From NCBI GenBank assembly GCA_045637445.1, contig JAZTZN010000001.1:6693-70692 (forward strand): a stretch of DNA of 64,000 nt, in the 5' to 3' direction. Made by a program: the position numbers and the translations under genes. Below are positions 56,909 through 64,000 of this stretch, piece by piece. The notes under the pieces were generated by a model, which was not told the DNA's origin, did no database searches, and worked only from the letters and a program-made list of their open reading frames with translations. Source of the stretch: Muribaculaceae bacterium (lineage in GTDB: Bacteria > Bacteroidota > Bacteroidia > Bacteroidales > Muribaculaceae). Numbering within the stretch: position 1 is the stretch's first letter; each line of letters starts with the position of its first letter.

Positions 56909-57619
56909 TTATTCAGCAGTGACAAGAGTGCCGATAGGCTCGCCTTGCATCATCTTCTCAAGGTTGCCGACGATGTCCATGTTGAAGACATAGATAGGCA
57001 TACGGTTTTCCTTGCAGAGTGCTGTGGCTGTGAGGTCCATCACTTTTAGACCACGCGCAAGCACCTCGTCGTAGCTGATAGTATCGAATTTTGTCGCTGT
57101 AGGATCCTTTTCCGGGTCGGCTGTATAGACACCATCGACGCGTGTGCCTTTGAGCATCACTTCAGCTTCGACCTCGATAGCACGAAGTGCCGAGCCTGTG
57201 TCGGTGGTAAAGAACGGATTGCCTGTTCCACAGCTGATGATGACCACCTTTCCTTGCTTAAGAGATTCGATCGCTTTCCACTTCGAATAATGTTCGCCGA
57301 TAGGGTACATGTTGATGGCTGTCAACACTTGTGCCGGCTGACCTGCCGACTCTAAAGCCGAGCTGAGCGCCAATGAGTTTATCACTGTTGCCAACATTCC
57401 CATTTGGTCGCCTTTGACACGATCAAAACCTTTTGATGCGCCTGAAAGACCACGGAAAATATTGCCCCCACCGATGACGATAGCCACTTCCGTACCGGCT
57501 TGAGCGATAGACTTAATCTGCTGTGCATACTCACCAAGACGCACTGAATCGATGCCATAGCCTTGCGCTCCCATCAACGATTCGCCTGAAAGCTTTAGTA
57601 ATATTCTTTTATATTTCAT
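56909..57619 (-). CDS. pyrH: UMP kinase
   Basis: MKYKRILLKLSGESL, VIGGGNIFRG and GTGNPFFTTD motifs. The track ORF extends to 57727, but the ATG at 57619 gives the canonical N-terminus. Confidence 0.9.
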   Translation of the reverse strand: MKYKRILLKLSGESLMGAQGYGIDSVRLGEYAQQIKSIAQAGTEVAIVIGGGNIFRGLSGASKGFDRVKGDQMGMLATVINSLALSSALESAGQPAQVLTAINMYPIGEHYSKWKAIESLKQGKVVIISCGTGNPFFTTDTGSALRAIEVEAEVMLKGTRVDGVYTADPEKDPTATKFDTISYDEVLARGLKVMDLTATALCKENRMPIYVFNMDIVGNLEKMMQGEPIGTLVTAE

Positions 57620-57936
57620 CTTATTCAAAATTATTTTTCCGACAATGATTTTTCGGATAGTTCTATTGCAATATAAATGATTTTGCACAAAGTTAATGCA
57701 CCACTGCCAAAAATGCAAATAAATCATCGCTTTTTTTAGAAGAGTTGCTGATTTAAAGCAACATCTATCGATTTACTAATTTACATAATTTCTTCAGCCG
57801 ATGTTCAGCAATGACCGTTACGCTTCCGAGTATTTCTCCTCACGAAACACAACCGAGCTATCCACTTGGAACGCTGCCTGAGTATTGATGTGTGGTAGTG
57901 TTTCTACACTGTTGAAATAAGATGTGTGTTGTTCAT

Positions 57937-57972
57937 AATAAAAATAGCCTTGCGATTTCATTCACAAAGCTA
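57937..57972 (-). terminator. candidate rho-independent terminator after the serine-hydrolase gene
   Basis: Stem tagccttg (57945-57952) pairs with caaagcta (57965-57972), with one wobble pair. The plus-strand A-run before it gives a U-run on the minus transcript. Confidence 0.5.
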
Positions 57973-58004
57973 CTTCTATTCTATCGCTATCCAAAAGAGA
58001 AATA

Positions 58005-59258
58005 TTACAATTGCTCTAATAGTCTATCAAATATATTGTAGTAGTCTTCGATACGGTCTCCGCCCAAATATACTGCAATGATATTCTTTTGTGGATTTAC
58101 ATAAAGCACTTGTCCATATAGACCGTAAGCCCAAAATCCACCTCGATGAAGTATTGCTTTATATTTACCTGTAGTTCTGCTTCTGTTTGCACCACAAACT
58201 TCTACATCAGGCACGGATTTATAGTAGTCATATAAGCTATCCATATCATCAAATTTCTTATGGTCGTATGTACCCCAATACCAACTATATGAGTATGTTC
58301 CATTATTTTTGCCCACAACATTTTTGCTGTGAGAACGCTCGACATAGGCGCTATCGACTATCTGAAGACCGTTCCAATTGCCATTGTTTATATAGAGTCT
58401 GCCAATTTTTGCCAAATCACGAACGTTTGTTGTAAGTCCGGCATAACTCTTTGCTGTATGGGATTTCTTGCTGTCAAGACTGATAGTTGCCGACTGTTCC
58501 ATGCCTAATGGTTGCCATACATTATCTGAAAGATATTTAGCGTATGGTATTCCTGTTGCTCGTTCTATAACAAGCCCCAATATGGCAGTTGTCATCGAAT
58601 CATAATGATACCTTTCGCCCGGAGTTGAGATAAATTTCATACTACAAATAGTTTTCAAAGTATTATCTCCATAGTATAGTTCTGAAATCTTTGAGAATGG
58701 ATTAAAACTATACGACTCCTCAAATTTAAGCCCTGCACTCATATCAAGCAAATGCTCAATCGTGAGTTGCTGAAACATTTTATCCTTCTTCTTTAACTCA
58801 GGAATATATTTTGTTACAGGATCTTTTACGCTTTCGATATATCCGTCTTTTAAAGCGATACCACATAGTATGCTTGTAATTGTCTTAGTAACTGAAAATA
58901 CAGTGGTTTGACTGCTTTTATTCAGTCCACCGCTATAATGTTCATAGATGATGGTATCATTCTTAATAATAATCGCAGCTGCCGGTTTTGCAGTATATTC
59001 GAGCATCTCGGTCAGAGTCATTTGCTTCATTGTGTCACTCTTCGCAAAATAGACATCTACCGGTAATGTGTTAAGTTTTCTTTCTTCGTGGGGTAATTCA
59101 GCAAATGAAAAAACTTTTGATGAATTGTGTATTGTATCTTGCACGAATACATTATAATCATCTATCGTAGGATTACCGTTCTTTATAGCTCTAAATGTAG
59201 AACAAGACGACAATAATATTATAATAAAGAATAGGACTATATCGAAATTTTTCTTCAT
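58005..59258 (-). CDS. beta-lactamase-family serine hydrolase lipoprotein
   Basis: Lipobox ILLSSCS and the SxxK nucleophile motif (FSVTKTITS), in a class C / PBP-like serine hydrolase layout. The gene is AT-rich. Confidence 0.75.
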   Translation of the reverse strand: MKKNFDIVLFFIIILLSSCSTFRAIKNGNPTIDDYNVFVQDTIHNSSKVFSFAELPHEERKLNTLPVDVYFAKSDTMKQMTLTEMLEYTAKPAAAIIIKNDTIIYEHYSGGLNKSSQTTVFSVTKTITSILCGIALKDGYIESVKDPVTKYIPELKKKDKMFQQLTIEHLLDMSAGLKFEESYSFNPFSKISELYYGDNTLKTICSMKFISTPGERYHYDSMTTAILGLVIERATGIPYAKYLSDNVWQPLGMEQSATISLDSKKSHTAKSYAGLTTNVRDLAKIGRLYINNGNWNGLQIVDSAYVERSHSKNVVGKNNGTYSYSWYWGTYDHKKFDDMDSLYDYYKSVPDVEVCGANRSRTTGKYKAILHRGGFWAYGLYGQVLYVNPQKNIIAVYLGGDRIEDYYNIFDRLLEQL

Positions 59259-59267
59259 AACCGATAC

Positions 59268-59960
59268 TTATTTGATGTTATTTATCGAATCGCAAATGCT
59301 TTGTATATGGTCTAATCCGTACAGAAGTGATTTGCTGTCTATGTCAAGCCACAAAAACAAATTATGAATACGCATATAAAGTTCTAAAATATATGTCGTA
59401 TCTATTATTGCTGAATTATGCAAAAAGCAAATTGGTTCATGATGAGCAATTCGATTTCTCAAATTATTTATACCATCAAGTTTATTGAATACATACAAAT
59501 TATTATACTGTTTTATTGCAGAGGATTTTGGTTTATTCGGAAAAATCTTCAGTAAGACTTTGCCTGAAGCCTTATATTGCGGTGCGGAGAACATATATTT
59601 CCAAACACCAAATTCCATTTCTGCAATGAGTTTGGAATGTGTATATAAATTGTGAGTGTTCAATTTATTAAATGAACGAGATATAATTTTGGAAGTATCT
59701 CTGCATTTACTACCGGAAAATATTCCACCGGGAAGAATTGCGTCACGAAGCCAATCTGAGCCAAGTAATGCAACCATTTGTCTGTCAATTGCATTGCGTA
59801 GAGCAACTTCAAAACAACTGATTATAGTAAACAATTCTTGAGAAAGGCGAAGATTATATCTGTATAATGTCATCGCCTTTTTTGTATCGTTGTTACAGGC
59901 TAAAAGGTATCTATGAAGCCTGTCTTGCGATAATATTTGCTCAAATTTGCTATATTTCAT
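59268..59960 (-). CDS. Abi-like (Abi_2 / AbiD-AbiF type) abortive-infection family protein
   Basis: The N-terminal LSQDRLHRYL......KAMTLYRYNLRLSQELFTIISCFEVALRNAIDRQ and the C-terminal LRNRIAHHEPI motif are characteristic of the Abi_2 family. Its stop lies 9 nt upstream of the hydrolase start. Confidence 0.75.
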   Translation of the reverse strand: MKYSKFEQILSQDRLHRYLLACNNDTKKAMTLYRYNLRLSQELFTIISCFEVALRNAIDRQMVALLGSDWLRDAILPGGIFSGSKCRDTSKIISRSFNKLNTHNLYTHSKLIAEMEFGVWKYMFSAPQYKASGKVLLKIFPNKPKSSAIKQYNNLYVFNKLDGINNLRNRIAHHEPICFLHNSAIIDTTYILELYMRIHNLFLWLDIDSKSLLYGLDHIQSICDSINNIK

Positions 59961-60284
59961 GACTTTTTTGCTCTAAAATTTGTTTTATTCGCAGGGAGTC
60001 TCTAAATTTGTACTGTTGATTCCCGGTAGCCCCTGATTCGTCAAGCTATCGGGTTTAGTCTTTTTATAGGGATTCCCTTTTAATATTGCAAAATTAATAT
60101 ATTTAGCAATTTCGGCAAAGCAAATATTGCTAAATCACCTCACCGCAAAAAACTTCCATTCCATTGATACGGAAAATGCAGACATCTCTCAATTGTTTGC
60201 TTTTTCGCTTACCTTACACTAACTTTTGATAAGTTCGGCTGCACTCGGCACTCGCAGGGCGAGAGCCAAGAGGGGAATACCACA

Positions 60285-60318
60285 TTTTTCTTTTTTTCTT
60301 TTTTTCTTTTTTTCTTTT
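60285..60318. repeat. T-rich simple-sequence tract, (T7C)x3 core, inside repeat copy 3
   Basis: The sequence reads T5 C T7 C T7 C T7 C T4. The other two repeat copies have unrelated sequence at this position. Confidence 0.8.
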
Positions 60319-60414
60319 GCTCTCTGCCCTCATTTGCTTAACTTTGGCGTTGCCCAAGTTAGGCGGCGGTTCGGAAAAATTGCAAACAAGTTTGCTTTTT
60401 CGCTCACCTTGCAC

Positions 60415-60422
60415 TAACTTTG
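60415..60422 (+). promoter_or_regulatory. TAACTTTG -7-like box at the end of repeat copy 3, facing the Stealth-family gene
   Basis: TAnnTTTG match 27 nt upstream of the ATG at 60450. Confidence 0.4.
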
Positions 60423-60449
60423 CAGACATAGTTTCAGAAATGTCAGAAT

Positions 60450-61328
60450 ATGGATATTGTCATCACATACGTTAATGGTCTTGACCCGGAGTGGCAAGCC
60501 GATTATTGCAAATTCACTAATACGCCGATGGTCGAAAAACGTTTCAGGGATTGGGGCACTTTGCGCTATCTTTTCAGAGGTATCGCCGAGAATATGCCTT
60601 TCATCCGACGCGTTCATCTCGTCGTGTCGCAAGAGTCGCAAGTTCCGGAATGGCTAAATCGAAATGCTGTCAATGTGGTGCTTCATCGCGATATTATCCC
60701 TGCCGAGCTGTTGCCGACTTTCAACTGTAATCCTATCGAAATGCACCTCCACAATATCAAGGATTTAGACGAGGAATATCTTTATTTCAACGACGATATT
60801 TTTCCTCTGTTGCCTTGCCTGCCGACCGACTTTTTCAGAGAGGGGAGAGGGGTGCTTGGCATGAGCCGACATCTGCTTGAAATCGGTATGTTTAAGAAGA
60901 TTTGTCGCAATTCCGATAGCGTTGCCCGAAAAGCGTTGGGTATGAAAAATTCCATTTTGTTTTTACGCCCTCAACATGTCTGCACGCCGATGCTTAAGAG
61001 CCAGGTTAGCGAAGTGTATGAAAAGGTTGGTGATGAGATTGTCGGCTCGATGACTGCGACCCGCTCGGCAAAAAACCTCAATCAGTATCTTTATCTCAAC
61101 TATATGTATCTAAAAGGCATGCTCATCAACGAACGCCTTTCCAAGAAGCATTTTTCTGTGGGTATGGTGTCGGGTAAAAAGTTGCGCAAATTCATCGAAC
61201 ATCCGACTCACAAACTGACTTGCATCAACGACGTCAACATTGCCGACGATCGCTACGAAGAACTTCGCTCCGCACTGCTTGATGCCTTTGAAAGCAAATT
61301 TCCCGACAAATGCAAATACGAACTCTGA
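60450..61328 (+). CDS. Stealth-family sugar-phosphate (hexose-1-phosphoryl) transferase
   Basis: CR1-like DIVITYVNGLDPEW and CR2-like RFRDWGTLRYLFRGIAENMPFIRRVHLVV, then YLYFNDDIF (CR3-like). Confidence 0.75.
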   Translation: MDIVITYVNGLDPEWQADYCKFTNTPMVEKRFRDWGTLRYLFRGIAENMPFIRRVHLVVSQESQVPEWLNRNAVNVVLHRDIIPAELLPTFNCNPIEMHLHNIKDLDEEYLYFNDDIFPLLPCLPTDFFREGRGVLGMSRHLLEIGMFKKICRNSDSVARKALGMKNSILFLRPQHVCTPMLKSQVSEVYEKVGDEIVGSMTATRSAKNLNQYLYLNYMYLKGMLINERLSKKHFSVGMVSGKKLRKFIEHPTHKLTCINDVNIADDRYEELRSALLDAFESKFPDKCKYEL

Positions 61329-61361
61329 TGATGTAAATAAATGAGCTATTCTCATCATATT

Positions 61362-61392
61362 TTGACGCGAATAATTTGTTTTTTCGCGTCAA
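61362..61392 (+). terminator. perfect 10-bp hairpin between the Stealth and Fic genes (terminator or operator candidate)
   Basis: ttgacgcgaa (61362-61371) pairs with ttcgcgtcaa (61383-61392) across an 11-nt T-rich loop. There is no trailing U-run. It lies immediately upstream of a -7 box. Confidence 0.4.
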
Positions 61393-61397
61393 ACCAC

Positions 61398-61405
61398 TAT
61401 CTTTG
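61398..61405 (+). promoter_or_regulatory. -7 box (TATCTTTG) upstream of the Fic gene
   Basis: TAnnTTTG match 20 nt upstream of the ATG at 61426. Confidence 0.45.
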
Positions 61406-61425
61406 CGCCCAAAATACATCAGAAA

Positions 61426-62532
61426 ATGAGAGCAGTATATATTTGGCAGCAGTCGGAGTGGCCCAAATTTAGGTGGGACAATGACCGATTGATACACCTT
61501 CTTTCGGATGTGCGCCACCACCAAGGGAAAGTTCAAGGGTTGATGAGTGGCTTGGGATTTGATTCTCAAAGTTATGCGTCACTTGATGTTATGACTGAAG
61601 ATGTGTTGCGTTCATCTGAAATAGAGGGAGAATTGCTTAATGCCGACCGAGTGCGCTCGTCTATTGCACGTCATCTCGGTCTTCCCACAGAGGGATTGCC
61701 GGAGCCGGACCATTACACCGAGGGTGTGGTGCAGGTGATGCTTGATGCCGTAGGCAATAAAGACAATCCGTTGACTCATGAGCGCTTACACAATTGGCAT
61801 GCAGCTTTATTCCCGACAGGTCGTAGCGGAATGTATCCTATCACTGTAGCAGCTTATCGTGTGGGAGCAGAGCCTATGCAAGTGGTGTCGGGGGCAATGG
61901 GTCATGAACGTGTACATTACCAAGCTCCTGACTCTGACGATGTGCCATCTATGATGGATGAGTTTTTGGCTTGGGTGAATAGAGATGTTGCAATTGACCC
62001 GATACTTAAAGCAGCAATAGCCCATATATGGTTTGTGTCCATTCACCCGTTTGACGATGGCAATGGTCGGTTGACTCGCACTATTACCGATATGCTTCTT
62101 GCCAGAGCTGACGAAACACCTCATCGCTTTTATAGTATGTCGGCAGAAATATTACGTGAGCGCAAGGGATATTATGCCGCCTTGGAGAAAACGACTGTAG
62201 GCTCGATGGATATAACTGAATGGATTGAATGGTTTTTGCAGACTCTTCGCAATGCTATACTACGCTCGGAAACAATGGTCAGACGAGTCGTTAAGAAATC
62301 CTTGTTTTGGCAACGCAATAGCGATGTGTCGATGAATGAACGCCAAGTAAAGATGGTCAATCGCCTTTGGGATGGTTTTGAGGGCAAGCTGACCACTTCT
62401 AAATGGGCTAAAATGACCAAGTCATCACAGGCAACAGCGCTCCGCGACATCACTGATTTGCTCGATAAGGGCATTCTGATCGTGGCAGATGAGGGAGGGC
62501 GTAGCACCAACTATCTGCTTAACGAGGACTGA
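61426..62532 (+). CDS. Fic-family protein (DUF4172-type N-terminus plus Fic domain and C-terminal wHTH)
   Basis: N-terminal IWQQSEWPKFRWD (DUF4172 pattern). Fic motif HPFDDGNGRLTR. An inhibitory-helix-like SSEIEGE is present upstream. Confidence 0.85.
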   Translation: MRAVYIWQQSEWPKFRWDNDRLIHLLSDVRHHQGKVQGLMSGLGFDSQSYASLDVMTEDVLRSSEIEGELLNADRVRSSIARHLGLPTEGLPEPDHYTEGVVQVMLDAVGNKDNPLTHERLHNWHAALFPTGRSGMYPITVAAYRVGAEPMQVVSGAMGHERVHYQAPDSDDVPSMMDEFLAWVNRDVAIDPILKAAIAHIWFVSIHPFDDGNGRLTRTITDMLLARADETPHRFYSMSAEILRERKGYYAALEKTTVGSMDITEWIEWFLQTLRNAILRSETMVRRVVKKSLFWQRNSDVSMNERQVKMVNRLWDGFEGKLTTSKWAKMTKSSQATALRDITDLLDKGILIVADEGGRSTNYLLNED

Positions 62533-62640
62533 CGCTTTATCGGCAGCAGTCGTGGGATTGCTTGGTCGTTGCTGACGTGCTTCAACGTATTCGGAGCAGG
62601 CTAATCCGACGACGAAGTTATCGCGGTCAGATGCTTACGG

Positions 62641-63579
62641 CTACAAAAATCGGGCGATGAGTTTGGTCAGCAGTTGCAACGGCACCCACACATCAGATCC
62701 TCTTCTGATTTCTGCTTTGCCGACAGCCCTTTTGAGCCAAGGGTATTGACGGAAGAATTTAAAATTGTAAAGTATTGAATACCAACCTATCTGCATCACA
62801 ATATCATCAATGATGCAACCCACAGGATTTTCCTTTCGTGGCAAGTCGCAATATTTTTCGTACAGGTCGATAAAATTCAGAGCATACTCTTTTTTACGCT
62901 TGCGATGCTTTTGGGCAGTCAACGCTCCGGGATTGCCTTTGCGATAGTGATAAATATCGGCATCCAAATAACATATAGTCTTGGCATATCCGATCAATTG
63001 AGTTGTCAGATAGCAATCCTCGGCATAGCCATATTGCGGCGTGTGGATAGTATGGTCGAGAAAAAGAGAGCGACGAAAACATTTATTGCACACCGAGGCT
63101 GCAGCACGATGATTGTAAATGTCACGAATAAATTGTTCTCGTTGTTCAGACGAGTATGCCTTTTGTCGCTTGACTTTTGAGCGATCCGGATATTCTTTGA
63201 CAAGATTGAAATAGACAATATCGCTCGAGGTGCGCTCTATTTCGTCAACGATTTTTTTAATGGAATCAGGAGCCAACCAATCATCGGAATCGACATGATA
63301 GACATAGTCCGAAGTGGCTGCATCAAGTCCTGTTCGACGAGCTGCCGGAAGTCCTCCGTTCTGCTTGTCGATGATTTTTATTTTGTCTTTCAGATGACTG
63401 AACTTACTATCAATCAATCCGTTAAGCACCGACATTGAATTGTCCTTTGTGCCGTCATTGACAAAAATAAATTCTATATTCTGATACGACTGCGACAACA
63501 CCGAGTCGGCAAACTTTTCGATATAGTTTTCCACCCCGTAGATTGGCGCGATGATAGAGATAGATATGCTGTTATTCAT
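62641..63579 (-). CDS. family 2 glycosyltransferase
   Basis: ISIIAPIYGVENYIEKFADSVLSQSY.NIEFIFVNDGTKD and the DSDD (DxD) motif. Confidence 0.85.
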   Translation of the reverse strand: MNNSISISIIAPIYGVENYIEKFADSVLSQSYQNIEFIFVNDGTKDNSMSVLNGLIDSKFSHLKDKIKIIDKQNGGLPAARRTGLDAATSDYVYHVDSDDWLAPDSIKKIVDEIERTSSDIVYFNLVKEYPDRSKVKRQKAYSSEQREQFIRDIYNHRAAASVCNKCFRRSLFLDHTIHTPQYGYAEDCYLTTQLIGYAKTICYLDADIYHYRKGNPGALTAQKHRKRKKEYALNFIDLYEKYCDLPRKENPVGCIIDDIVMQIGWYSILYNFKFFRQYPWLKRAVGKAEIRRGSDVWVPLQLLTKLIARFL

Positions 63580-63640
63580 TTGTTTCGATTCTCCTAAAAC
63601 AATGCAAATTTACATCATTTTTTCAGTAAATTCTCTTATT

Positions 63641-64000
63641 TTATCCCAACCAATTCATTGCTGATTGTTTTAACTTTTCAAACCATTCGATTTCGTTTTT
63701 ACAAGTCTTAACTAATTCATTTGAATATTCAAAGAATTTACGTACATGGGCGGATGTCGGGGTATAACTTACCCTATAACTATCTTCTAACATTTTCTGA
63801 AAAACATCTATAGGTAATGGCACTATTGTAGATTTACCACCATAGTATGAGATATTCAGACTATGTAGTGCATAAAAATGTGCAACACAAGCTTCATTTA
63901 TTTTTGGAGCCAAAAATAGACAATAGCACGGTTTTTCACTTGCTTTTTTCAGCTTACCCAAATGACGACTTACTGGTTCTCCTTCCATATCATATTGTTT
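63641..64000 (-). CDS. hypothetical protein, C-terminal part only (the ORF continues beyond the window)
   Basis: The frame stays open upstream of the first Met (63988) through position 64000. It is AT-rich. A restriction-endonuclease-like C-terminus is only a vague impression (CLFLAPKINE...). Confidence 0.4.
   Translation of the reverse strand, partial: KQYDMEGEPVSRHLGKLKKASEKPCYCLFLAPKINEACVAHFYALHSLNISYYGGKSTIVPLPIDVFQKMLEDSYRVSYTPTSAHVRKFFEYSNELVKTCKNEIEWFEKLKQSAMNWLG

Larger units (their letters stand above)
60193..60424. repeat. dispersed composite intergenic repeat, copy 3
   Basis: ttgtttgctttttcgcttaccttacactaacttttgataagttcggctgcactcggcactcgcagggcgagagccaagagggg ... ttgcttaactttg ... 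ccaagttaggcggcggttcggaaaaattgcaaacaagtttgctttttcgctcaccttgcactaactttg. It is block-wise collinear with the reverse complement of 4595-4866. Confidence 0.85.

Noticed and set aside
1-64000. tRNA, rRNA, transposase or integrase genes
   Set aside because: I found no T-loop/anticodon-arm-like tRNA signatures, no rRNA-like sequence and no ORF with transposase or integrase motifs (DDE, or tyrosine recombinase R..H..R..Y) in the ORF track. Absence by eye is not proof, so tRNAscan-SE and ISfinder searches would confirm it.

Overview
This 64 kb window looks like a Bacteroidales (Bacteroidota) chromosome segment. The evidence is TAnnTTTG-type -7 promoter boxes, lipoproteins with acidic post-Cys export signals, a PorX-type PglZ response regulator and the overall gene content. 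The core metabolic and housekeeping blocks are: a queuosine-precursor transporter plus SDR, a U32 peptidase, NfnAB-like ferredoxin:NADP oxidoreductase, cdd, a four-subunit 2-oxoacid:ferredoxin oxidoreductase, a Sir2 deacylase, trmH-family/dtd/LD-carboxypeptidase/radical SAM/symporter, the fucIOAKP fucose operon, recA, GH13 amylase and frr-pyrH. Interleaved with these are accessory blocks. The main accessory region runs about 19.5-37.9 kb. It contains an AbiEi/AbiEii module bracketed by 67-bp direct repeats. It also holds a tightly coupled five-gene operon: a membrane Ser/Thr kinase, two FHA proteins, a membrane PP2C phosphatase and a secreted MORN-repeat protein. Further MORN paralogues sit on both sides of that operon. 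The same region carries two orphan AAA ATPases (DUF234-type and DUF4143-type), a KilA-N gene bracketed by a perfect 96-bp direct repeat, and HipBA. I rank the kinase/FHA/PP2C/MORN operon as the best candidate for an undescribed system. Other notable items are a tandem pair of about 1000-aa GLUG-type beta-helix surface lipoproteins (one with a glycine-zipper hydrophobic insert), a dispersed composite intergenic repeat present three times whose units end in promoter-like TAACTTTG boxes, an Ivy-like (CQAHNC) secreted protein next to a Sel1 protein, an AT-rich Abi_2 plus serine-hydrolase lipoprotein pair, and a Stealth/Fic/GT2 polysaccharide-type locus. I recognised no rRNA, tRNA or CRISPR array. 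All functional calls rest on by-eye motif recognition, not database searches.
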